Source: Deltaproteobacteria bacterium HGW-Deltaproteobacteria-13
Lineage (GTDB): Bacteria > Desulfobacterota > Syntrophia > Syntrophales > Smithellaceae
NCBI GenBank assembly: GCA_002840555.1
Contig: PHBJ01000003.1
Span: forward strand, 64,412 to 128,411
Direction of reading: 5' to 3'
DNA: 64,000 nt
The notes beneath the pieces were generated by a model. That model had not been told where the DNA came from. It ran no database searches and was given only the letters and a program-made list of their open reading frames with translations. Of this stretch, positions 28,146 to 37,482 are shown one piece after another. The position numbers were made by a program, and so were the translations under genes. Position 1 is the stretch's first letter. Each line of letters begins with the position of its first letter.

Positions 28146-29396
28146 ATGATCATGGGATGTGCGGAAAATTCATCACTGACAAACCATATTAAAGACGCAT
28201 ACAGCCGTGTTCTTTCCGGCGGACCGGTTTATCTCTTCCTGGCATGTTTGTTCTTTGTTCTGTTTATTATAGGAGTTATCTCCGGCATCTACTCTATTTT
28301 TATCGCGGGGAGCCGTCATTCCTACGGCGCATCTCGTGAGATCCCTCTGGCCATGCTCATCGCCACCTATACCTTCTTTGTAATAACCTCCACGGGGTTA
28401 TGTCTCGTGTCCTCCATCGGGCATATTTTCGGGGTCCGGGATTTCATGCCGATCGCGAAGCGGGCGGTTCTGCTGTCCGCTATCACCATTCTGTCGGGCT
28501 TTCTCGTCATCGGTCTGGAATTAGAAAATCCCTTCCGCCTGGCGATTTATATGTTTGTCTCGCCTAATTTTTCCTCCAATATCTGGTGGATGGGTGTCCT
28601 CTATGCTTTCGAGTTGATCTTCCTGGCCATCGAATTCATTTTTATTATGATTGACAACCATAAGGTCTCGGCCGCGGCAGGCCTCTTCGCACTTTTCTTC
28701 GGCATAGCCGCCATCAGCAATTTGGGCGGCGTCTTTGCGATGTTGCAGGGCCGGGAATATTGGTACGGGCCCTATTTGCCTATCTTCTTTATCGCTTCCG
28801 CCTTGATGATGGGCTGTGCCTCCATCATCTTTTTTACCGTCATTGCCTACCGCATCGAGGAGAAATCTCTTGATGACGCCATGGCTTCTTCCCTTGCGGC
28901 TGTCGGGAAACTCACCATGATCATGCTCGCGGTGGTCATGTTTTTCACCATCTGGAAAATGGTCACCATGACGGTGGGAGGAACGGAAACGATTTTGGTT
29001 ATCGACGCCCTCGTCAAAGGTCCTTTCGCCTTCAACTTCTGGATTCTTGAGGTGGGCCTGGGGATGATCGTTCCTTTTGCGCTTCTGATGGGGTCCGGAG
29101 GAAGACGGATAGGAATCATGTTCATTGCAGCGGCCCTGATGATCTTCAGCTTCTTTTTCGCGCGGCTGGATATGGTCGTTGTGGGAGAAATTGTTCCCCT
29201 GTATTGGGATCTCGGCGTCAAAGAATATTCCGTGCTGAACACTTACACCCCCAGGTGGAGGGAGATTCTTGTCGTCCTGGGCGGCATAGGTTTTTGCGGC
29301 ATCGCCTTTATGTTTGGAGAAAAGATATTTATGGATTCTGGCAACGCCCGCCGCCCTGAAGGAGCGGAAAGCGAAGGAGCTGATAACGAACCATGA
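28146..29396 (+). CDS. NrfD/PsrC-family integral membrane quinone-interacting subunit
   Basis: About 400 aa with roughly 8-10 hydrophobic helices, positioned before an NrfC-like FeS subunit with ATGA start/stop overlap. Confidence 0.7.
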   Translation: MIMGCAENSSLTNHIKDAYSRVLSGGPVYLFLACLFFVLFIIGVISGIYSIFIAGSRHSYGASREIPLAMLIATYTFFVITSTGLCLVSSIGHIFGVRDFMPIAKRAVLLSAITILSGFLVIGLELENPFRLAIYMFVSPNFSSNIWWMGVLYAFELIFLAIEFIFIMIDNHKVSAAAGLFALFFGIAAISNLGGVFAMLQGREYWYGPYLPIFFIASALMMGCASIIFFTVIAYRIEEKSLDDAMASSLAAVGKLTMIMLAVVMFFTIWKMVTMTVGGTETILVIDALVKGPFAFNFWILEVGLGMIVPFALLMGSGGRRIGIMFIAAALMIFSFFFARLDMVVVGEIVPLYWDLGVKEYSVLNTYTPRWREILVVLGGIGFCGIAFMFGEKIFMDSGNARRPEGAESEGADNEP

Positions 29397-30142
29397 TTAA
29401 AAAGCTCTTGGAAGCAGAAAATTTATTTAAAAAATCCGAAAAGATTTCCGAAATGGATCGCCGGGAATTTCTGAAAATCGGACTGGCTGTAACCGGTGTC
29501 TTTGCCGGCGGCTCAATCGTGTCGGCTGTTTCAGCCGCCGAAAAGATGTTCCCCCCGGGAACCTACGTTGAAAAATATCCCTATAAACCCCACTACAGCA
29601 TGGTGATCCGCGTGGATCAATGCATCGGCTGCCGCCGTTGTATGAACGCCTGCGTGTCTACCAATTCCGTGCCGGACTACGGCTGGCGTACCCGTGTATT
29701 GGAAAAAGAAGTTTCCGATGCCATAGGACAGAAAGGTGAATTTATCCCGATCCTTTGCAACCAGTGCAATAACCCGCCCTGTGTGCGCGCGTGTCCCGTG
29801 ACAGCGACTTATAAAGATAAACAAAACGGCATCGTCATGATGAACAATAAAAAATGTATCGGCTGTAAAATCTGCATAGCCGCTTGTCCTTACGATGCCC
29901 GGTATTACAACGAAGAAAAAGGCGCCATTGACAAGTGTGATTTCTGTTTTGAATCGAAACTTTCGCACGGGGAGAAAAACGTTGCCTGTTCAGTGATCTG
30001 TCCTACGGATGTCCGTGTTTTCGGCGATCTGTCCAATCCACAAGACAGAGTGTATAAATTAATTCACCAGTTACAGAAGCCTGTCTGGGTGCTCAAAAAA
30101 GAAACAGACGCCAAACCCAACATTTTTTATATGAAAGGTTAA
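29393..30142 (+). CDS. Tat-exported 4x[4Fe-4S] ferredoxin subunit (NrfC/PsrB/HmcB-like)
   Basis: DRREFLKIGLAV Tat motif and four Cys clusters (CIGCRRCMNAC, CNQCNNPPCVRACP, CIGCKICIAACP, CDFC...CSVICP). An alternative start at 29453 is possible. Confidence 0.85.
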   Translation: MIKKLLEAENLFKKSEKISEMDRREFLKIGLAVTGVFAGGSIVSAVSAAEKMFPPGTYVEKYPYKPHYSMVIRVDQCIGCRRCMNACVSTNSVPDYGWRTRVLEKEVSDAIGQKGEFIPILCNQCNNPPCVRACPVTATYKDKQNGIVMMNNKKCIGCKICIAACPYDARYYNEEKGAIDKCDFCFESKLSHGEKNVACSVICPTDVRVFGDLSNPQDRVYKLIHQLQKPVWVLKKETDAKPNIFYMKG

Positions 30143-30155
30143 ACTGAGTAGCGCG

Positions 30156-31244
30156 ATGCATAAACGGTTCATGATCCTCTTCAGTCTGCTTTTGATCAGC
30201 TTTACGCTTCCCGGCGTTATGGCGGCGGATACTGCGCCCGCGGGCATTCTTTATACCAGGCCGATTGAGTCCGTTATTTTTTCTCATCAGGACCATACGC
30301 AGAAGAAATTCTCCTGCACGACCTGTCACAGCGGTTTGTTTGAGATGGAAGCCCTCCATGTCCAGAAAAATAAAGACTTCACTATGGATTCACTTTACAA
30401 GGGGAAATATTGCGGAGCCTGTCATAATGGCAGGGAAGCCTTTGCTTCCGATACGCAATGTGCGCGCTGCCATGTGGGTTCAGAAGCCCGCGTGACACAG
30501 AAAGATATTCCCGCCTACAGATCGTCCGTGATTCTGGGCAAAGGGGACAAAGGCGTGACGTTTAATCATGAGAGTCACGCAAAAAATACAACTTGCCGCA
30601 GTTGTCATTCTTCCCTGTTTAAACCGAAAGCGGGGCTGGACAAAATAAGAATGGCTGATCACAGCCGGGGCAAGTTCTGCTTTACCTGCCACGGCCAAAA
30701 GGGAAAAGAAACCTTTTCCTGGAATGATTGCAGCCGGTGTCATGTCAAATCCATTTCCATACCGGAAGAAACCATCAAATTCGGCAAAGGAACTAAAGCC
30801 GTCGCTTTCAAACATGAAAGCCATCAACTGAAAGCCGGCTGTCAAGCCTGTCATCCCAAGCTATTCGCCTTTCAAAAGGGTATTGCCAAAATGGATTTTG
30901 ACGATCATATCAACCGGAAATTATGCTTTACGTGCCATGCTAAAAAGAATGGAACTGCCTTTTATGACTGCAACCGCTGCCACAGGGATAAACCGGCAAT
31001 CAAGCCCGGGATGACCTATCCGGATACTTTAAAATATAAAACAAAAATGCAAAATGTTTACTTCCATCACGAAAGCCACACGATATTTTCCTGCAACATC
31101 TGTCATGGCGGTATGTTCGCCATGAAAAAAGGCCAGACAAAAATGATTATGTCGGAAATGCTTCATGGCAAAACCTGCGGGATGTGTCATAACGGAACCA
31201 AAGCATTCGATGCAAAAGAGTGCGCCAAGTGCCATAAAAAGTAA
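30156..31244 (+). CDS. Dodecahaem c-type cytochrome built from four c7-type trihaem repeats
   Basis: Signal peptide and 12 CxxCH motifs. Four repeats of V-x-F-x-H-x2-H...CxxCH...F...GK-x-CxxCH...CxxCH. Confidence 0.85.
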   Translation: MHKRFMILFSLLLISFTLPGVMAADTAPAGILYTRPIESVIFSHQDHTQKKFSCTTCHSGLFEMEALHVQKNKDFTMDSLYKGKYCGACHNGREAFASDTQCARCHVGSEARVTQKDIPAYRSSVILGKGDKGVTFNHESHAKNTTCRSCHSSLFKPKAGLDKIRMADHSRGKFCFTCHGQKGKETFSWNDCSRCHVKSISIPEETIKFGKGTKAVAFKHESHQLKAGCQACHPKLFAFQKGIAKMDFDDHINRKLCFTCHAKKNGTAFYDCNRCHRDKPAIKPGMTYPDTLKYKTKMQNVYFHHESHTIFSCNICHGGMFAMKKGQTKMIMSEMLHGKTCGMCHNGTKAFDAKECAKCHKK

Positions 31245-31249
31245 AAAAG

Positions 31250-31852
31250 ATGTATCAATGCAAATTAATTATTTTTATTCTTCTGGCAACACTCATTTTT
31301 GATGGATTGAATGCCAATGATTCATTGTCGTCAGATCAGCCGCCATTCATCTGTTCGACAGGGGAAAGCATTCTTTCCGCTTGGGAGAAAATGCTGTCTA
31401 GGGGATATCTTGAGGTGTCACAGGACAAGGGAGGGGCTTGGAAAGTAACAAAACATCTGTGGGTTTCCGGATCGGGCAGCTACGACATAAACCCGTCGGA
31501 TACCCCGGAGTCACCCCCCTTTTTAATTGTTAAATTCAAAACAAAGCATTGCGGCAGTAATTTTTTCAGCCCGAAGGCAAACGGCCCCTACTATCAGGCT
31601 TTTCAAAGGAAATGCGGATTTACCAGCGCGCAGGAGGCGTTAGCCAATTGCCGGGATAATGATTTCGTTGATTATAATAGTATGCCCCACACGGGAAACA
31701 TATACGATATAAGCGTAACTTATTCGTATCAGAGCGGCTCATGGGTTATCAGTAATGGAAATGAAAATTTTACGATATTTTTTGGCGAAGGTTTAAAAAA
31801 TAATCTCAATAGAGAATACTTCAGGGATCTTCTCAAGGTTACTGCTCCATAG
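31250..31852 (+). CDS. Secreted hypothetical protein
   Basis: N-terminal signal-like helix (LIIFILLATLIFDGLNA). No recognised motif. Lies 5 nt after the cytochrome stop. Confidence 0.4.
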   Translation: MYQCKLIIFILLATLIFDGLNANDSLSSDQPPFICSTGESILSAWEKMLSRGYLEVSQDKGGAWKVTKHLWVSGSGSYDINPSDTPESPPFLIVKFKTKHCGSNFFSPKANGPYYQAFQRKCGFTSAQEALANCRDNDFVDYNSMPHTGNIYDISVTYSYQSGSWVISNGNENFTIFFGEGLKNNLNREYFRDLLKVTAP

Positions 31853-31937
31853 AATTTTCAATGACTGCGCGTAAACGTCCACCACGGTTTATGGCGTGTT
31901 TTCCGGCCGCAATCAATAACCACTAACCGCCTCTTTT

Positions 31938-32639
31938 CTATTTACCGTTTTTTACCAGCATCGTCGCCGGATCAAGACGCAAGCTGTTTTGCGTTAAATC
32001 CGTTGATTTCCCCTTGAGCGATTTAATATAGACTTCATCGCCTTTTGCCGCCAGTTGAACAATAACATCGAACAAATCCGCCACGTGCAGAAAAGAGAGA
32101 GGCAAACCGTTTTCCTGCGGAGGTTCATGGCGATGCGTATGGACTGTAAACCAAACGCTCATTAAATATTTCTGTGCCAGCTCTTTTAACTGCACAAGCT
32201 GCCCGCGGCCGGCGTCATCAAATTTAAACCCGTCGATAATGACCGTATGCGGCTTGAAAATATTCTGCTGCAGTAAATCGATTAAACGCTCTTCCAGCCT
32301 CGGCGCGCTGAATCCATCCACTTTGAAAGTCATGATAAAACGATAAGGCTGAATTTTGTCCCAGTATTCACTCACTTCAACCACACCTGAATTCTCGGCG
32401 ATATTATGAAATAACTCCTGATACCAGACATCAACCTTACTCACGGCATCGTTCAGACTCACATGAAGGACAGGCTGTTCGCGTAACATTGCGTTTAAGG
32501 CAACCTGAACAAGCAGCGCCGTCTTCCCTACTCCGGCATAAGCCAGAACAGCGCCAAAACCTCCATTGGATAAAATATCTTCGTTTTCATAACCAAGATT
32601 GACCAGCGGATTACGATAAATCATTTCTTTTTTTATCAT
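31938..32639 (-). CDS. Stand-alone RecA-superfamily (KaiC/DnaB-like) P-loop ATPase
   Basis: Walker A YAGVGKTALLVQ, Walker B-like HTVIIDGF, about 230 aa single domain. Confidence 0.45.
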   Translation of the reverse strand: MIKKEMIYRNPLVNLGYENEDILSNGGFGAVLAYAGVGKTALLVQVALNAMLREQPVLHVSLNDAVSKVDVWYQELFHNIAENSGVVEVSEYWDKIQPYRFIMTFKVDGFSAPRLEERLIDLLQQNIFKPHTVIIDGFKFDDAGRGQLVQLKELAQKYLMSVWFTVHTHRHEPPQENGLPLSFLHVADLFDVIVQLAAKGDEVYIKSLKGKSTDLTQNSLRLDPATMLVKNGK

Positions 32640-32705
32640 GATGATATCCTTATAAGTTAAATGAATAACATTTATTTATTGTTTCAGTGCAACGTATCCC
32701 GTTGA

Positions 32706-34793
32706 CTAGGCGGCCGATTTTTTATTTTCAGCCGCTTCCAGCGCGATCTTCTCCGCAATGGACTGCGGAACCTGACGGTAAATGGCAAATTCCATTGTGA
32801 ACTGCGCTTTTCCCTGTGTGGCGGAACGCAGAATCGTGGAGAAACCAAACATTTCCGCCAGCGGCACCTGCGCTTCAATCACGCACATGACATCTTCATC
32901 CTGAGAACCGATAATCATGCCCCGGCGCTGGTTTAAAAGTCCCATGACCGGCCCCTGAAACTCCACGGGGCTTTCCACAACGACTTTCATGATCGGTTCA
33001 TGAATTACCGGCTTGGCCCGCAGATAGGCTTCCTTGAATGCTCCACGTGCACATGCCTGGAAAGCCATATCCGATGAATCCACGGCATGGGAAGCGCCGT
33101 CATTGATGACAACCTTCACACCGGTAATCGGAAACTCCAGCTTCGGCCCTTTGGCCATGCTTTGCTTGAATCCTTTTTCGCAGGCGGAAATATATTGCGT
33201 GGGAATCGCGCCGCCGAATATTTTATTTTCAAAAATAAATTCGGCATCGCTGATCGGCTCAAGATAACCGGCAATACGGCCGAATTGACCGGCGCCGCCT
33301 GTTTGCTTCTTATGGGTATAATTGAAATCGGCTCGCTGCGTAATCGTTTCGCGGTAGGCGACGCGGGGTTTTCCCGTCGTGACATCAGCGCCATATTCCC
33401 GCCGCATTCTTTCCACATAAATATCCAGATGCAGCTCGCCCATGCCTTCAATAATCGTGTCGGTTGTTTCGGGATCAACAAAAGTCTTGAAAGTCGGATC
33501 TTCCTTGGAAAATCTGTTCAAAGCTTTGGCCATGGCCAACTGCGATTTATTGTCCTTGGGTACAATCGCCAGCGATATAACCGGTTTGGGCACATACATC
33601 GAAATCATGGTTAAATTTATTTCCGGAGAAGTGAACGTATCACCGGAAGAACATTCAATTCCGAATAACGCGCCGATATATCCGGCCTTCAGATATTCGA
33701 CATCTTCCATTTGCTCGGCGTGCATCCGCACAACACGGCCGACCTTTACCTTTTTGCCGTTGCGGATATTGACAATGATTGATCCCTTCGCCAGCGTTCC
33801 CTGATAAACGCGAATATAGGTAAGCTGTCCGTACTGACCGTCTTCCAGTTTAAAGACCAGAGCTACGATCGGTTTTTCGGGATCGCTGTCTAAGACAACA
33901 GTTTCCTCGTTATTGCTCATATCCATGGCCACATTCTCTATCTCGGAAGGACAGGGCAAAAGATAATTCACACCGTCCAGCAATGGCTGTATGCCTTTAT
34001 TTTTATAAGCTGAGCCCATGTAAACAGGTGTTATTTCTCTTGCCAGTGTGCCTTTGCGCACTGCCGCGTAAATTAATTCGGATGTTATTTCACGTTCATT
34101 GAGAATGGCATCCGTTAACTCATCGGAAAATAACGAAGCGGCGTCAATCAATTCTTCCCTTTTCGCTTTAGCTTCATCCAGAAGATTCTGCGGAATTTCC
34201 GCCTCACGGACATTCTCACCGCTATCGCCGTCAAAATACAACGCCTTCATGCTGACTAAATCAATAACGCCTTCTGCTTCGTTTTCGAGACCAATGGGAA
34301 GCTGCATGGCGACGGCATTGTGTCCCAGCTTTGTTCTCAACTGGCCGATAACCCTTAAAGGATTAGCGCCGCTGCGGTCGCATTTATTGATAAAGGCGAT
34401 GCACGGAACTTTATATCTTTTCATCTGCCGGTCAACCGTGATCGATTGCGACTGAACGCCGCCCACGGAGCATAAAACGAGAATGGCCCCGTCAAGAACA
34501 CGCAGAGATCTTTCCACTTCTATGGTGAAATCAACATGCCCCGGAGTGTCAATAATATTAATTTCATGGCCTTTCCATTCACAATAGGTCGCCGCCGAAG
34601 CGATGGTAATCCCGCGTTCCTTTTCCAGTTCCATGGAATCCATCGTGGCCCCGACACCATCTTTTCCCTTGACATCATGGATGGCATGAATTCTTTTCGT
34701 ATAGTAAAGAATTCTTTCGGTAAGCGTGGTTTTTCCTGAATCAATATGAGCGCTTATACCGATGTTGCGAAGTTTCTGATCTTCTATTTTCAT
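32706..34793 (-). CDS. fusA: Elongation factor G family GTPase (not in a str operon context)
   Basis: [18 protein letters not shown]1, DTPGHVDF G3, NKCD G4, and full EF-G domains II-V. Start set at the ATG at 34793 preceded by GAGGG; the ORF-track extension is rejected. Confidence 0.9.
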   Translation of the reverse strand: MKIEDQKLRNIGISAHIDSGKTTLTERILYYTKRIHAIHDVKGKDGVGATMDSMELEKERGITIASAATYCEWKGHEINIIDTPGHVDFTIEVERSLRVLDGAILVLCSVGGVQSQSITVDRQMKRYKVPCIAFINKCDRSGANPLRVIGQLRTKLGHNAVAMQLPIGLENEAEGVIDLVSMKALYFDGDSGENVREAEIPQNLLDEAKAKREELIDAASLFSDELTDAILNEREITSELIYAAVRKGTLAREITPVYMGSAYKNKGIQPLLDGVNYLLPCPSEIENVAMDMSNNEETVVLDSDPEKPIVALVFKLEDGQYGQLTYIRVYQGTLAKGSIIVNIRNGKKVKVGRVVRMHAEQMEDVEYLKAGYIGALFGIECSSGDTFTSPEINLTMISMYVPKPVISLAIVPKDNKSQLAMAKALNRFSKEDPTFKTFVDPETTDTIIEGMGELHLDIYVERMRREYGADVTTGKPRVAYRETITQRADFNYTHKKQTGGAGQFGRIAGYLEPISDAEFIFENKIFGGAIPTQYISACEKGFKQSMAKGPKLEFPITGVKVVINDGASHAVDSSDMAFQACARGAFKEAYLRAKPVIHEPIMKVVVESPVEFQGPVMGLLNQRRGMIIGSQDEDVMCVIEAQVPLAEMFGFSTILRSATQGKAQFTMEFAIYRQVPQSIAEKIALEAAENKKSAA

Positions 34794-35105
34794 TACCCTC
34801 TTCCTTTTTCTATTTCTTCTATAAAACAAAAAACCCCACACTTGTAAGAATCTCTGCAAGATGGGGTATCCACCATAAACGAGCGTTTTGTAAGTGTGCG
34901 GTTAATACATCCTGATTAGCAATATGTCAAGATAATATTATTGCCCGTTAAATACACTATAGGGCTGATTGAGCGCTACATCCCACAAAAAACAAATCAA
35001 TGAATTTCTTTATTAATTACAATAACTTAATGAACACAAACCTTCGATTACGCTTGTTTATTACTGACAGATATGTGAACTTCACACGCTGAATGGATAT
35101 ATTAT

Positions 35106-35147
35106 AAGAAAAATATAAGCCTTCCGATGTTTCATTGGAAGGCTTAT
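35106..35147 (-). terminator. Rho-independent terminator candidate for the acetyltransferase gene
   Basis: ATAAGCCTTCC / GGAAGGCTTAT 11-bp arms. On the minus strand the stem is followed by ATATTTTTC. Confidence 0.45.
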
Positions 35148-35205
35148 ATAAAAAAATAATTTCTAAAACTGACTACTGATAATGATTAATATCCATGTTT
35201 CAACT

Positions 35206-35886
35206 TCAGTGATCTTTCATCTTTCTTGCTTCAGATATAAAGACATGAACATTTTTATTGAGCATCAATGGCAACAACTGTCTTATCTTTTCATCATCAA
35301 AATTCCACCACTTCAGTTCCAGCAGCTGCTGAATGGTATCATCATCGAATCGCTTTCTTATGAAAGTAACAGGATTACCAGCATGGACCTCATACGGACC
35401 TATATCTTTTGTAACCATGGAATTTGCACCGATAACAGCTCCATCTCCGATTGTCACATTGGACATGATCACAGCACCGTAGCCTATCCAGACGTCGTTT
35501 CCGATTGTTACATTACCAGGATATCTAATACGTGGTAACTTTTCATCCCATAATATTTCGAAAGGATATGTTGTTGTTAAATTTATCCCATGATCGCCAT
35601 CTAATAACATTATCTTGACATCTTTTGCGATTGAACAAAAAGATCCGATTTTTAAAGTACTCTTGGGATTCCACGAGAATATATCAGGCTCTCCGTATGT
35701 GTAGCGGCCAATATCGTATTGAGAATATTTCTCAAACTCCCTCGTGTACATTATACTTAACTTTTTAGGGTTATCAGGCTTTTCCCGAAAAGATAAAAGA
35801 TTCTTCACAAATTTTTGGATGTATTCATTAAAAGTCATTCTGTTTCCCTCAAGAAAACCATATGGCGACTTTTCATACATATACAA
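35206..35886 (-). CDS. Xenobiotic acyltransferase (hexapeptide-repeat; Vat/CatB-type)
   Basis: Left-handed beta-helix repeats (IGNDVWIGYGAVIMSNVTIGDGAVIGANSMV) and the conserved XAT tail GNPxxxIRKRFDDDTIQQLLELKWW. Confidence 0.8.
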   Translation of the reverse strand: MYMYEKSPYGFLEGNRMTFNEYIQKFVKNLLSFREKPDNPKKLSIMYTREFEKYSQYDIGRYTYGEPDIFSWNPKSTLKIGSFCSIAKDVKIMLLDGDHGINLTTTYPFEILWDEKLPRIRYPGNVTIGNDVWIGYGAVIMSNVTIGDGAVIGANSMVTKDIGPYEVHAGNPVTFIRKRFDDDTIQQLLELKWWNFDDEKIRQLLPLMLNKNVHVFISEARKMKDH

Positions 35887-36370
35887 TTATCGATAAGAAC
35901 TTGCTTTTATTGCTCATGGGCTCATAGGGACGCCACTTTCGCTTCGATCTTTATTACATTCGATCTCAGCGAGTGTCATTAAATTCAGACGTTTTAATCT
36001 GAACAACTGTAAATCTGTGAAACTTTATTTGTGAAAAATTAGTGAAGCTGTTTGATGCTATGAGACTTGATTTGAATAAACAAATCCATTTTATTTGTCA
36101 ATAATAATTCGTCAAAATTTTCATCAAGAATATATTGGTCAAATTAAACAAGCAAAAGATTCATACTCATTATATAAAATATTTAAGTTTTAGGTTTTAA
36201 GAGTGAATGGTGAATAGAAAACTACGTAGTGAGAACCTTTGGGTTCGTGTTTTGCGGGTCTGAAGACCCGAACTACGTACTCCGGATACCTGCCAAAAGG
36301 CAAGATGAGGAAGCTCATGGGGGCGTCCCCATCGCTATCCCCCGATGACGGATAGAAATAATTTCCTGTA

Positions 36371-37300
36371 TCAGATGTGTTTATTCAGCCACGCAATAAC
36401 GTCAGTAAAAACCTCTTCACGGTTAATCTCATTGAGCGTCTCGTGGCGGCCCTCCTCGTAGAACTTGAGAGTTAAATCGACAATACCCGCGTTTTTCAGC
36501 GTGTTGTATACTTGGGTTACCCCTTTTGTGTTCGCGCCCACGGGGTCTTTAGCCCCCGAAAAAATATAAATGGGCAGATTCTTCGGTATCTTCGCGATAT
36601 TTTCCTTTTTGTTGATATAGCCGATGCCTTCCAGCATGTCGCAGAAGAAACCCGCTGTAAAGACCGCGCCGCACCAGGGGTCATTGATGTATTTATCAAC
36701 TTCCGCGTTATCCCGCGAGAGCCAGTCATAATCCGTCCGGTTGGGCTTGAAAGCGCCGTTGAAAGCGCCGAAGGAGAGCTTGTTCATTATATTGCTCTTT
36801 GCTTTTTTGCCATGAAATTTCGCGTCCATCCTGGCGATAAATAAACCTGCCTTCCCGACAGCGCCCGGATCACCGCCCGTGCCCGAAAGAACGAGGCCGG
36901 AAAGTTCACTTGCGTAAAGCATGGAATAGTGGCGTGAGAGGAAAGAGCCCATGCTGTGGCCGAAGAGAAAAAACGGCTTATGGGGTTGCTCTTTTTTGAT
37001 GATGCCGGTCAGGGTGTGCATATCCTCCACGACTTTTTCCCAGCCTTTTTCATCAGCGAAATAGCCCACCTTGTCCTGTGTGCCGGCTGTCTTTCCATGA
37101 CCACGGTGATCGTTCGCGTGGACGGTGTATCCGGCTTTGGTCAGCGCGCCGGCAAAACGCTCATACCGGGCCGCGTGCTCCGCCATGCCATGGGCTATCT
37201 GAACGGCGCCTTTAATATCGGAATCTTTATCCGGCATCCATCTATAGGTAAATATCTGCGTTCCATCTAAAGCTTTGAAGCTAAAGGTATCGCTTTTCAT
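36371..37300 (-). CDS. Alpha/beta hydrolase (lysophospholipase / monoacylglycerol-lipase-like)
   Basis: HGMAEH oxyanion region, GHSMGS nucleophile elbow, C-terminal ...GRHE catalytic His region. Confidence 0.8.
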   Translation of the reverse strand: MKSDTFSFKALDGTQIFTYRWMPDKDSDIKGAVQIAHGMAEHAARYERFAGALTKAGYTVHANDHRGHGKTAGTQDKVGYFADEKGWEKVVEDMHTLTGIIKKEQPHKPFFLFGHSMGSFLSRHYSMLYASELSGLVLSGTGGDPGAVGKAGLFIARMDAKFHGKKAKSNIMNKLSFGAFNGAFKPNRTDYDWLSRDNAEVDKYINDPWCGAVFTAGFFCDMLEGIGYINKKENIAKIPKNLPIYIFSGAKDPVGANTKGVTQVYNTLKNAGIVDLTLKFYEEGRHETLNEINREEVFTDVIAWLNKHI

Positions 37301-37482
37301 ATCTATCCCCCCGGCAATATGAATTATGAATGAATTAAATAGTAATGGATGTATGAGCGGTTGACAAGGACTTTTTTACATCTTTCAGAGGCCGTTTGGT
37401 TTATCCAATCTTAATCGAGTGAGGCTTGTTTCTTGCGGTTAAACATGCTAACACAATTACAACACAATAAAGGAGTCCTCTG

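Noticed and set aside
34794-34859. N-terminal extensions offered by the ORF track (EF-G; also cfa 39687-39788, thiolase 54351-54464, MoxR 43023-43055, csp 40080-40124, RAYT 44136-44210, DUF2892 19085-19135)
   Set aside because: In each case an internal ATG is preceded by a good Shine-Dalgarno sequence and matches the conserved family N-terminus. The extensions read through promoter or hairpin sequence.
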